Shown here: piece after piece, positions 18,709 through 27,698 of the stretch
How the letters are laid out: each line of letters begins with the position of its first letter
Position numbering within the stretch: the stretch's first letter is position 1
From: an uncultured Methanosarcinales archaeon
Lineage (GTDB): Archaea; Nanobdellota; Nanobdellia; Woesearchaeales; UBA10107
Length of the DNA stretch: 64,000 nt
Direction: 5' to 3'
NCBI GenBank assembly: GCA_965231065.1
Contig: OZ246410.1
Coordinates: forward strand, 579,046 to 643,045
Notes under the pieces: generated by a model
Databases searched by the model: none
What the model was told of the DNA's origin: nothing
The model's input: only the letters and a program-made list of their open reading frames with translations
Program-made: the position numbers and the translations under genes

Positions 18709-19619
18709 AACTCACCTTTCGCGATCTTGATGAATACTTCTTCTAGCTGCGGTTTATTGACAGTGATGTCGCTTATCTTGAAACCTGCGTCGAATATCTT
18801 CTTCAATATATTCGCAAGAAGATGTTCTTTGTAGGGAATCTCGAACACAACCATATTCTTCTCAATAGAGATGATGTCAACATCAAGATTGTTGAAGAAG
18901 CGTTCGATCGGCTTATGTGGATTATGTATCTTGACTTTGATGATCTGCTTTTTGATCAATCGTTTCAGTTCATTTGAGGTGCCGATCTTCAATATCTTTC
19001 CTTTGCTGAGGAACGCGATCCGATCACACAACTCATCGACCTCTTTCATAATATGACTGGTGAAGATGATCGCATTGCCTGTCTTCTTGTGAACTTCCTT
19101 GATGATATCTCTGGTCTTTTGCGCGATATACGGATCTAAACCAACGGTGCATTCATCCAAGAGCAAGACCTGCGGATCATTGATAAGCCCCTTGCACAAT
19201 ATTAAACGAGTCCCTTCTCCTGAGCTCAAAGTATATGCCTGCTTTTTCCTGAGGTGACTGATCTCAAACATCTCAAGCAGATCATTGATCTTTTTCTCGT
19301 AATGAGGAACACCATACAGCTTCGCGTAGACTCTCAGGTTCTGTTCGACTGTCAATGAACCATTGAGATCAGAATATGCAGTCGCGACATTCATCTTCTC
19401 CTTGACTTTCGTGACGTCTTTGCCTAGGATCTCGACATCGCCTGAATCCTGTTTTAACAAACCCGATAGAATATTGATCGTAGTTGATTTACCGGCGCCG
19501 TTCGGTCCTAAGAGACCGAATATCTCGCCTTTTTTGATGTCAAAAGAAATACCTTTCAGCGCTTCCTTGCCTTCATAACTCTTCCGTAGATTTCTGACTT
19601 TGACTGCAATAGTTGACAT
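18705..19619 (-). CDS. ABC transporter ATP-binding protein
   Basis: Walker A GPNGAGKST, signature LSSGEG, Walker B LLLDEC. Confidence 0.9.
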   Translation of the reverse strand: MSTIAVKVRNLRKSYEGKEALKGISFDIKKGEIFGLLGPNGAGKSTTINILSGLLKQDSGDVEILGKDVTKVKEKMNVATAYSDLNGSLTVEQNLRVYAKLYGVPHYEKKINDLLEMFEISHLRKKQAYTLSSGEGTRLILCKGLINDPQVLLLDECTVGLDPYIAQKTRDIIKEVHKKTGNAIIFTSHIMKEVDELCDRIAFLSKGKILKIGTSNELKRLIKKQIIKVKIHNPHKPIERFFNNLDVDIISIEKNMVVFEIPYKEHLLANILKKIFDAGFKISDITVNKPQLEEVFIKIAKGEL

Positions 19620-19662
19620 ATATTTAATTTATTCAACCACTGCTTAATTAAGGTTACTTTTT

Positions 19663-20226
19663 TTACTGAAAATAATCCAGTATTGAACGTACTTCTTGTT
19701 CTGGTGTCATCATTTCTGAATTGAGGAGTACATGAAACGGCTTTATATCAAGATAATCATATGCTCCTCCATACATATCCTTTCCTGTTCTAAGCTCATC
19801 AGCTTGTCTTTCACGCAGGATATGTGTTATCTCTGCAAGAGATTTTCCTCTATATTTATCTGTATTTAATGCCCGTTTCGCTCTCGTATCGATACTGGCT
19901 GTGACAAAGACCAGCAAAGAATTCATATCTTTGCAATGGATCGCATATCGTGTCTCTCCTATGACATTCCCCTTCTGAAATGCACTCTTTGCTGCCTGGT
20001 CTGCTTTCAGATTATCTTCAGTGTTTGTATTTCGCCACCAATTCTCGAAAGAGATAGAGTTATGAATATTTTTTCGTTTCTCATCTTCTTGCAACGCGTT
20101 AAATTGATTTCTCCAATACTGACCGACAGAATATACTGGCCATCCTAGAAGCGGAGAAAGTCTTGTTGCTAATGTCGATTTTCCAGAGGCAGGTGGACCC
20201 GAGAGGAGTATGCTTGAATAGTTCAT
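19663..20226 (-). CDS. cmk: Archaeal-type cytidylate kinase (short P-loop NMP kinase)
   Basis: GPPASGKST P-loop. 187 aa. Architecture and C-terminal pattern resemble the archaeal Cmk family. Confidence 0.6.
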   Translation of the reverse strand: MNYSSILLSGPPASGKSTLATRLSPLLGWPVYSVGQYWRNQFNALQEDEKRKNIHNSISFENWWRNTNTEDNLKADQAAKSAFQKGNVIGETRYAIHCKDMNSLLVFVTASIDTRAKRALNTDKYRGKSLAEITHILRERQADELRTGKDMYGGAYDYLDIKPFHVLLNSEMMTPEQEVRSILDYFQ

Positions 20227-20322
20227 AGCGTCTGAAACAGGAACTCATATTAAAATATACCCGGAAAGCTTTATAAATATCATCACAGTATATTGCAGTA
20301 GATATCATACGGAGGTGTATGA

Positions 20323-20655
20323 ATGAGCGCATCAAAAACATGGGCATTGATACTTGGTATCGTGCTGACAGTGATTGGAGTCTGGGGATTCTTTACTTCC
20401 AGCATTCTAGGAATATTTGGAGTCAACGCATTCCAAAGCGTACTGCACGTCATCGCAGGTGTCTTCGGCCTCTATGTAGGAACAAAGGGAGAAGGTCCGG
20501 GATACACAAAGACAATCGGTTGGATCGGTATACTTCTAGCGATTCTAGGATGGATACCTGCAACAGCTGGCTTATTGGCAAGTTTGTTGAACATCAATGG
20601 CGCAACAACATGGTTGCACGCAGTCGTTGGTGTAATCTCACTGTTTGTTAAGTAA
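20323..20655 (+). CDS. Small membrane protein (110 aa)
   Basis: Four hydrophobic segments. Confidence 0.5.
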   Translation: MSASKTWALILGIVLTVIGVWGFFTSSILGIFGVNAFQSVLHVIAGVFGLYVGTKGEGPGYTKTIGWIGILLAILGWIPATAGLLASLLNINGATTWLHAVVGVISLFVK

Positions 20656-20680
20656 GCGCTTCGCTTACTTTTTTTATTTT
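20651..20680 (+). terminator. Hairpin plus T-tract terminator
   Basis: AGTAAGCG-CTT-CGCTTACT perfect 8-bp stem followed by TTTTTTATTTTT, directly after the stop at 20655. Confidence 0.6.
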
Positions 20681-20681
20681 T

Positions 20682-20882
20682 ATGAAAAAAATATCCTTCT
20701 GGTACGGTCTTGGATTCACTATCGCATTACTCGGTACTTTTTGGATGTTCTTGCCGCACGCAGTGCATCATTTGATTTTAGGTGCTGAAGAAGAAGCTGA
20801 GCACTACATTCATCTGATTGAGGGTGCTGCTCTGGCTGTTGCTGGATTGTTCTTAATGGAGCTGGAACGGAATAGAAAATAA
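20682..20882 (+). CDS. Small membrane protein (66 aa)
   Basis: ORF with two TM helices. Confidence 0.4.
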   Translation: MKKISFWYGLGFTIALLGTFWMFLPHAVHHLILGAEEEAEHYIHLIEGAALAVAGLFLMELERNRK

Positions 20883-21431
20883 TTACTTCAATTCATATCT
20901 CTCGATGGCTTCGTAGATCGGTCGCTGTGCAGTCAATGTTGACTTCACCAATGAGAATGAAGTAATTAAGCTCTTAATTCTTGGTAACCCGTAGTTCTTG
21001 ACATAATCAATCAATTTCTTCTTATCCTGGACAGTATGGACGCGGGCGATAGTGATGTGGCTCATGAACCGCTCTTCTCTCAGGAATAGGTCAACGATCG
21101 AATCATCGATGCGTTTCTGAAGATCCAGAACATGAGTTCCGTTGAGCTTTGCCCAGATGATCCTGACAAACTCCTCTGAGAAGACACCTAATTCGGTGAT
21201 ATCTGCTTCGAATGAATTGAACGAAAGTTTTCGCAACCGTTCCTGCAATAGTTTTATCTTGCTCTCTTCGATATTGCCTAAGAACTTCAAGGTGAGATGG
21301 ATATGCTCTGGATTGGTGAGATTGCCCTTGAATAGTTCCTGTTTCTTGATATCGTTCTGGATGATCTGAAGATGGTTAATCATATCCTTGGGAAGATCCA
21401 ACGCGATGAAACAGCGGGTCGTGCGCTCCAT
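20883..21431 (-). CDS. 2H-phosphoesterase (LigT/ThpR RNA 2',3'-cyclic phosphodiesterase)
   Basis: Two H-x-T-x motifs (HLTLKF, HITIAR). Confidence 0.8.
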   Translation of the reverse strand: MERTTRCFIALDLPKDMINHLQIIQNDIKKQELFKGNLTNPEHIHLTLKFLGNIEESKIKLLQERLRKLSFNSFEADITELGVFSEEFVRIIWAKLNGTHVLDLQKRIDDSIVDLFLREERFMSHITIARVHTVQDKKKLIDYVKNYGLPRIKSLITSFSLVKSTLTAQRPIYEAIERYELK

Positions 21432-21917
21432 CTATGTGCTCTCCTTGTAGCTGAGCATGAAGAACAGACTCGATAATCTGTTGAGCCATCGGTATGCCGT
21501 CGGTCTTATTTTATTTTCTCTAAGAAGTTTCACCAGTACTGTCTCCAATTCTCTGCATCTGATTCTCGCTTCGTTGTATGTGATTGATTTCTCTGTGTTG
21601 AATCTGATGAACTTATTAGGCGGTTCTCCAAATGAGTCTATGAAATTTTCTAATTTCTTATTGTCTTCTTCTGTGATGGGATCAATGACGCACTTATCAT
21701 CCGCGCACGAAATCTCTCCTGCGGTCTGCCAGAGTTTTCTTTGAACCCAATCTAAGAATTCTTTATGATCTCCTTTTAGAATCGCTGAATCAATAGCGGA
21801 TTGTACCGCGTCTATCTTTCCGCCTACAACGACTATTAAATCATCCTTTGGAATTCGGTTGCCAGCATAATCAGAAGTTATCCCTTCATCTCCTGTTCCG
21901 CTGTATGCTTTTCTCAT
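21432..21917 (-). CDS. PduO-type ATP:cob(I)alamin adenosyltransferase
   Basis: N-terminal TGDEGITS ... RIPKDD and VVGGKIDAVQSAIDSA, matching MMAB/PduO-type adenosyltransferases. Confidence 0.75.
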   Translation of the reverse strand: MRKAYSGTGDEGITSDYAGNRIPKDDLIVVVGGKIDAVQSAIDSAILKGDHKEFLDWVQRKLWQTAGEISCADDKCVIDPITEEDNKKLENFIDSFGEPPNKFIRFNTEKSITYNEARIRCRELETVLVKLLRENKIRPTAYRWLNRLSSLFFMLSYKEST

Positions 21918-21932
21918 AGTGTAGAATCAAGG

Positions 21933-22763
21933 TTAGGACTTTATATAGTTTGACTTTATCTTGATTAACTGCGGTTGATCCAACATCCCGCATGCCGCAG
22001 CGATATCGGGTCCTCGTGAATATCTGATGAATGACTTGAAGCCTGCTGCGATGGCAGCGTTCTTGAATTCTTGCATACGTTCTCTATTTACACGCTTGAA
22101 CTCATCCAGATCATTGAACTCGATGAAGTTAAAGGTTGTTTTCTTCGGCCACGAATAAGTAAATAGTTTCTGAATATCTTCATCTCGATCGTTGACACCC
22201 TGCATCATCGCATATTCAATCATCAATTCTTTTCGTGGATATCTTTTGCAATACTCCTGAGCGAAAGAGACTATCTCATTTATTTTTATCGTCGGAGGCA
22301 TCAATCTCTTCCTGACCTCATCAAACGGAGAATGCAATGATAATGCGACATTGAACGGGATGTCCAGCAATTTGTTGATAGTAGATAAACAGCTTGTAGA
22401 TATTGTGATTCTCCTATAAGCGATCTCGAATTGCTGATGTATCTGTTCTGCTGCCTTCAGAACTTCTTTCAGATTCAAAGTCGGCTCTCCCATGCCCATG
22501 AAGACAATAGAATAAGGAGTACGATTGATAATTTCTTTCGCGACTTTGACCTGATTGACTATCTCTTCTGCAGTGAGATTATCCTTCAATCCCATCTTCC
22601 CAGTATAACAGAATTTACATCCAACTGCGCAGCCGATCTGTGAAGAGACACAGACCGCATACTTCTCATTCACTGTTGGAATGATGACCGCAGTGTATCC
22701 CCTCTTGAAATCAATCTTCTTTGTTCCATCCGTGGAAGTTGTTACTACGTAGTCTCTAACCAT
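21933..22763 (-). CDS. Radical-SAM enzyme of the RlmN/Cfr family lacking the usual N-terminal domain
   Basis: VCVSSQIGCAVGCKFCYTG matches the RlmN/Cfr cluster motif. C-terminal conserved Cys region present. Only about 40 aa precede the cluster. Confidence 0.65.
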   Translation of the reverse strand: MVRDYVVTTSTDGTKKIDFKRGYTAVIIPTVNEKYAVCVSSQIGCAVGCKFCYTGKMGLKDNLTAEEIVNQVKVAKEIINRTPYSIVFMGMGEPTLNLKEVLKAAEQIHQQFEIAYRRITISTSCLSTINKLLDIPFNVALSLHSPFDEVRKRLMPPTIKINEIVSFAQEYCKRYPRKELMIEYAMMQGVNDRDEDIQKLFTYSWPKKTTFNFIEFNDLDEFKRVNRERMQEFKNAAIAAGFKSFIRYSRGPDIAAACGMLDQPQLIKIKSNYIKS

Positions 22764-22829
22764 TATAAATCATCGATATACTGGTTACTTAAATAGATTT
22801 TTATACCAGTTGTTCTTTCACAGACAAGC

Positions 22830-23363
22830 ATGAAAATAGCTCTGATAGGCACTCACGACACCGGCAAGACAACATTAGCATATTCTACGACTGCTGAACT
22901 TAAAAAACTAGATAAGAACGCTACGATGATCACTGAAGTAGCTAGACAATGCCCTTTACCAATCAATGAGCAAGGTACGATTAACTCTCAGCTCTGGATT
23001 ATCTGCAAGCAGATCGAGTGGGAAGTCGAAGCTGAACATAAGTTCTCACATGTTGTCTGCGATAGAAGTGTTTTCGATGGCTATGCATACAATATGTATT
23101 CGACTGGCCAGCACAATGATATGCTCAAGAAACTTGTTGACCACTGGATCCCGACGTATGACGCATTATTCAAAGCACCCATACAATATAAACTGCGTGG
23201 AGATGGATTCAGAAGTGTCAATAAAAAATTTCAGACAGGAGTCGATGATATCATGACAAACTTATTGCAAGAATGGAATATCGAATATATTGATCTTCCA
23301 AAAGAAAATCAAGAGAAGTTCGTCCTTGATCACATCAAGTCACTAGAATCAAGATCATCATAA
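22830..23363 (+). CDS. P-loop NTPase (NadR-kinase-like/AAA_28 family)
   Basis: Walker A GTHDTGKTT. 177 aa. Confidence 0.55.
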   Translation: MKIALIGTHDTGKTTLAYSTTAELKKLDKNATMITEVARQCPLPINEQGTINSQLWIICKQIEWEVEAEHKFSHVVCDRSVFDGYAYNMYSTGQHNDMLKKLVDHWIPTYDALFKAPIQYKLRGDGFRSVNKKFQTGVDDIMTNLLQEWNIEYIDLPKENQEKFVLDHIKSLESRSS

Positions 23364-23407
23364 CTCTCAGCATAACATTAATAAATACCATATAAACAAT
23401 CAATGCT

Positions 23408-24112
23408 ATGGCCAAGAATCATATCAAGATCAGCCTTGCAGTCATACTGATCGGTGCGATCATCATTCTCAGCATCATGCGTCATCTAGGATTGGTCAAC
23501 CTTGATGTTATCTTCAATTACGTCCGTACTGCAGGATACAAAGGATGGCTGTTATTCCTTGCCATCATGATCTTCGGTGTTGTATTAGGATTCCCTTGTA
23601 GCGTCATGGATCTGAGCGGCGGCTATCTGTTTGGTCCGAAAATTGGCTTTGTGCTAGTCATGGTTGGCGCCAATATCGCGTCCATCATCGCATTCTCTTT
23701 GTCGCGGTATCTGTTCCGTGACTATTTCCACAAGCGGTTTGCCCACAATAGGATCCTGCGATGGAGCAAGATTGAAGACCAGAAGAAGCTCACTTCATTG
23801 GTACTGAGCTTGAGGATATTGCACATCATACCATTCAGCATATTAAATTACGGACTTGGGTTGACTAAAGTGAAGACCTGGAATTATGTCTGGGCGACAT
23901 TCCTGTTCATGATTCCGGAGACATTCGCCTATGTATATCTCGGGACATCATTAAAGAACATTGTTTCGTGGCAGTTCCTGGTGGCTTTGGGAATCATCGC
24001 AGTCTTTGCGATCACATTCTATTTCCTGAAGAAGAACGCGATGTTTGAGAAGAGCGGCGAGATTGATATCAGGATGGGCAGCAACGAGATCAAAGTGAAT
24101 AAGAGGAAATGA
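23408..24112 (+). CDS. TVP38/TMEM64 (DedA-like, VTT domain) membrane protein
   Basis: Multi-TM with the VTT-domain pattern. Confidence 0.65.
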   Translation: MAKNHIKISLAVILIGAIIILSIMRHLGLVNLDVIFNYVRTAGYKGWLLFLAIMIFGVVLGFPCSVMDLSGGYLFGPKIGFVLVMVGANIASIIAFSLSRYLFRDYFHKRFAHNRILRWSKIEDQKKLTSLVLSLRILHIIPFSILNYGLGLTKVKTWNYVWATFLFMIPETFAYVYLGTSLKNIVSWQFLVALGIIAVFAITFYFLKKNAMFEKSGEIDIRMGSNEIKVNKRK

Positions 24113-24465
24113 TGGAACCTTCTCTTGGAGAACGTATCATTGTTATGGCCGCCGAATACGCTTTTTCAGGCGCGATGATCTATTATATGGCCCGCACATA
24201 CCTGAAAGACAGGAAAGAGACTGCCGAAGTAGTTGCGGCAGCAAAAAATGCGCGTTCTGAACTAGAACAGAAACTTGCTTCTGAACTAGATGATGTCTAT
24301 AAACTGGAAAAAGAAGGAGTCCAGGCAGAAAGCAAGCGGATCGATCTGCAGCGCGCATTGGCGATGATGCAGGATAAGAAAGGATTAAGCGGGAAACAGT
24401 ATCGAGTCAAGCTTGACGAACTGTCGCAGATCTGCAATCGATGGGGAATCGTACTGCTCGATTGA
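24109..24465 (+). CDS. Hypothetical protein, N-terminal TM anchor plus coiled coil (118 aa)
   Basis: ORF; start overlaps the previous stop. Confidence 0.45.
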   Translation: MMEPSLGERIIVMAAEYAFSGAMIYYMARTYLKDRKETAEVVAAAKNARSELEQKLASELDDVYKLEKEGVQAESKRIDLQRALAMMQDKKGLSGKQYRVKLDELSQICNRWGIVLLD

Positions 24466-24505
24466 AATAGATACTAATAAAAACTAGGCTTATTCTCTGA
24501 TTATT

Positions 24506-24817
24506 ATGAGACCGATCTTCAAACAGAGATGCATGCGCTGCAAGAAAAATATGGTCATTGTCACTTCCCGAGACCGATTTCCACTCTGTTACGACTGCCA
24601 GAAGAAAGAGATGACGGGAGAAATCAAAGATCCTGCGATGAAAAAGATGTTTGATATTCCAGAGGAGTTCTACAAAGAGAATTCATTCTTACGATCAATC
24701 AAAGTCAATTATCTGCGTTATTCAAATCTGACAGAGAAGCAGATCGAAGCCTTCAAGAAGACCGTCGAGAAGATGAAGAAAGGACCTTCTGAAGACAAGA
24801 CAGAAGATTCTATTTAA
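24506..24817 (+). CDS. Hypothetical zinc-ribbon protein (103 aa)
   Basis: CMRC...CYDC four-Cys motif. Confidence 0.45.
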   Translation: MRPIFKQRCMRCKKNMVIVTSRDRFPLCYDCQKKEMTGEIKDPAMKKMFDIPEEFYKENSFLRSIKVNYLRYSNLTEKQIEAFKKTVEKMKKGPSEDKTEDSI

Positions 24818-24861
24818 ATATAAAACAAACAGAATATAAATGAGTTAATCATTATGAATAC

Positions 24862-25959
24862 ATGGGACTGCTCAGCAGATTAGTCGACGTAAATATAAGG
24901 CAAAAGGGAGTTGCAGAACATCTCTCAGGTCAGAAGTTGGAACCATTCGTAGTCTTTGGCATGAATCCGAATGGTGATCTCAACGATGAAGACAAATCAC
25001 CATCAGGAACATATGTCTCTTTTGATTCAGTAGGGGCGTTCAACTTTCTTCTGCAATATCCGAAGAAAAAGAAAGATAACTACCACGTATCACTTAATTT
25101 CAATGGATTGACTTCGAAAATCGATGCAAAAAATAAAAAGGCAATGGCCGAGTATGTGGATGGTCTTGGTTTAGATGACAGTTATTGGTCAAGAGTCCAC
25201 GTCACTGCTAATGGCGGTCACACCATGGAAATTGACCATAGCACCATTCCTCGTAACAATCAGCGGATGCATGCAATAGAATTTCTGTTTGTAGATAAAG
25301 GAAAGAAAGCCATCCCAATGAGTGCATTTTACAAAGCAGCAAAGCTTGCCTATGGTCTAGAGCTGAATAAAAAACCGTATGAACCAAACATGCGCGATGG
25401 TCCTTTCAGCGGAATGGATAGGCAAAACACAGGATTATTTGTAGTGGGCAGTGGAGGCTTGAAATATGGAACGTGGTATGAGGAACGAGCGAAAAAGGTC
25501 ATAGATGAACTAAGAAGAAAACGCGATAAAGCAGGAAAACCAGTACTCAGCAAAGCAGATATAAATAAACTGAAAGAACACGATATCACTTTAGTAGAAA
25601 AGATGCCCATGACTCATCGTGAGAAGAGCACCATTATTCAGAAAGGCGGATTAGTTCCTTCTCGTAAATACGTAAATCTACTGAACAACATCCCAAATGA
25701 TGTTGAGGGTATCTCTGTTCATGTTTTTGATGACGTTAGTGCAGGCGTCTATTGCGGTTATGGCAACAAGCCATGCGCCTTTTCTTTGAATGAAACAAGC
25801 AGAAATATGAAAGGAATATATAGACGCATAGACCATGCCTGGGATGTCTATTCTTCATTGACAGGAGCACGCATTGGTGCAGCCTATAAAGCCTTGCAGA
25901 GAAAATTTGGACAGGATATTGATGAATTAATAGAGAAAAAAAGAGCAGCAAAGCGATAG
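24862..25959 (+). CDS. Hypothetical protein (365 aa)
   Basis: Long intact ORF. No recognisable motifs. Confidence 0.5.
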   Translation: MGLLSRLVDVNIRQKGVAEHLSGQKLEPFVVFGMNPNGDLNDEDKSPSGTYVSFDSVGAFNFLLQYPKKKKDNYHVSLNFNGLTSKIDAKNKKAMAEYVDGLGLDDSYWSRVHVTANGGHTMEIDHSTIPRNNQRMHAIEFLFVDKGKKAIPMSAFYKAAKLAYGLELNKKPYEPNMRDGPFSGMDRQNTGLFVVGSGGLKYGTWYEERAKKVIDELRRKRDKAGKPVLSKADINKLKEHDITLVEKMPMTHREKSTIIQKGGLVPSRKYVNLLNNIPNDVEGISVHVFDDVSAGVYCGYGNKPCAFSLNETSRNMKGIYRRIDHAWDVYSSLTGARIGAAYKALQRKFGQDIDELIEKKRAAKR

Positions 25960-25994
25960 AAACCAATATAAAACCTTCTTTTCTTTCTTTTTAT

Positions 25995-26705
25995 ATGATT
26001 AAGCCCATAAAGTTCGAATCAGAGATATTGGATATCAAGTCACTCACTCCTACGGTCAAGAGTTTTGTGCTTTCAGTGCCTGATGAATTCAGTTTTGAAC
26101 CAGGACAGTTTGTCACCATATTTATCAAAACTCCAATGGGAACGATCGAACGAAGATCATATTCCATCGCGAACTCGGTGCATCAAAAAGGAAGGATAGA
26201 GCTGTGTATCGATAAAGTGGAGAACGGCAGAGTATCTCCTTTACTACATGATATGCATATCGGTACAAAATTCAATGCGCAGGGACCATTAGGCGTCTTT
26301 ATCCTGGAAGAAAATGCGAAGAACAAAGACAACATATTCATAGCGACCGGCTCCGGCATAACACCCTTTGTCTCCATGATACCATATCTACTGCAACAGA
26401 CTGATAAGAAAGTGATATTACTTGATGGCTATAAACACGAGAATGAAGTGCTATACAAGAACGTATTTGACTCTCTGAAAAAGAAATACAAGAACTTCGA
26501 GCATCACACTATCATCAGCAGGCCATCAGAGAATCACAAAGGGAATACAGGACGTGTCCAGCAATTGATCGAGAAACATGTTCCTTCTGACTTTTCAGGT
26601 GACTTCTATCTTTGCGGATTGTTCGAGATGATAAAAGATGTCGGACAGCTATTGGCAAAAAGAAATGTCGTGAGCAAGAGAATTATATTCGAAAGATACG
26701 ACTAG
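25995..26705 (+). CDS. Ferredoxin-NADP+ reductase-like FAD/NAD(P)-binding oxidoreductase
   Basis: RSYSIAN (RxYS FAD motif). IATGSGITP NAD(P)-binding motif. Confidence 0.75.
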   Translation: MIKPIKFESEILDIKSLTPTVKSFVLSVPDEFSFEPGQFVTIFIKTPMGTIERRSYSIANSVHQKGRIELCIDKVENGRVSPLLHDMHIGTKFNAQGPLGVFILEENAKNKDNIFIATGSGITPFVSMIPYLLQQTDKKVILLDGYKHENEVLYKNVFDSLKKKYKNFEHHTIISRPSENHKGNTGRVQQLIEKHVPSDFSGDFYLCGLFEMIKDVGQLLAKRNVVSKRIIFERYD

Positions 26706-27028
26706 ACTCTTTCTCTTTCAAAGCTTTCATGAAATAACCGTACTCGTTCTTCTTCTTCCGCATACGCCTGACATACAGCGACGTGTAAGCTATCTATGCC
26801 AATATCTTCTTTTCTAAGAGCAAACAAAAGCATATGATTGAAAGTCCCGATCATTCTTTCTAAAGTGCCTCTTTGAGCACGCGCCATGTCCCTTAGAATC
26901 CCTCTCTGAATGATGTATTGGCGCTCTTCTCCAGAATGATCTTTTATGAACAAGACATGGTCATCGACAGAAGTAGGAAGATAGTCAATCCGCAGCTGTT
27001 CATCCTGATATAATGGTTTTTCAGTCAT
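26702..27028 (-). CDS. Hypothetical protein (108 aa)
   Basis: ORF only. Confidence 0.4.
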   Translation of the reverse strand: MTEKPLYQDEQLRIDYLPTSVDDHVLFIKDHSGEERQYIIQRGILRDMARAQRGTLERMIGTFNHMLLFALRKEDIGIDSLHVAVCQAYAEEEERVRLFHESFERERV

Positions 27029-27059
27029 AATAATACCTAATGATATTAATTATATAAAT

Positions 27060-27698
27060 CTAATTATTTCTCGCAATGCTCGGATGATTCCTGAACAGAT
27101 CATCAAGAGCTGATTTTGTCTGAGCAAATACATCATCTATTGATTTTGATCCATCGATGATTACTCTTCTTTCATTTGGAAGGTATTCGCTTAGTTTCAG
27201 ATAATTATTCCTTAATTGTTTCTGGAATTCGAGATCCTTGTCAAAGACATCAGTAGCGCCTTCTTTTTTTCTTCTTTCGAATGCGATCTCCGCAGGACAG
27301 TCATATAGCAAAGTCATATCAGGAATAAGGATTCCTTTATGCATATGCAACAGAACAGATAAAGGCATTCCTTGTGTATGCTGATAAGCAAGAGTCGAAT
27401 CCTTGTACCTGTCGCTTATGACATGAGTGCCTCTCTGTAGTATTGGTTCGATATATTTATCGACGTGATTACGTCTGTCTTCTACAAAACGTTCAGCATA
27501 CCACTCAGGATCTCGTTTTACGTCAGTGCTGGTACGCATACGCTCTCTTATTTCCTTGAAATCCCGAGTAGGTTCGCGAGTGATATACAGATCAAATTCC
27601 TTAGAGAGATTAAATAGATATTTAGCGCCAAGAATAAGCTGAGTTCCTTTACCGCATCCATCGATGCCTTCAAAGACTATGAATGTACCGCGGTTCAT
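27060..27698 (-). CDS. tmk: Thymidylate kinase
   Basis: FIVFEGIDGCGKGTQ P-loop. DRY-like motif. Lid region. Confidence 0.9.
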   Translation of the reverse strand: MNRGTFIVFEGIDGCGKGTQLILGAKYLFNLSKEFDLYITREPTRDFKEIRERMRTSTDVKRDPEWYAERFVEDRRNHVDKYIEPILQRGTHVISDRYKDSTLAYQHTQGMPLSVLLHMHKGILIPDMTLLYDCPAEIAFERRKKEGATDVFDKDLEFQKQLRNNYLKLSEYLPNERRVIIDGSKSIDDVFAQTKSALDDLFRNHPSIARNN

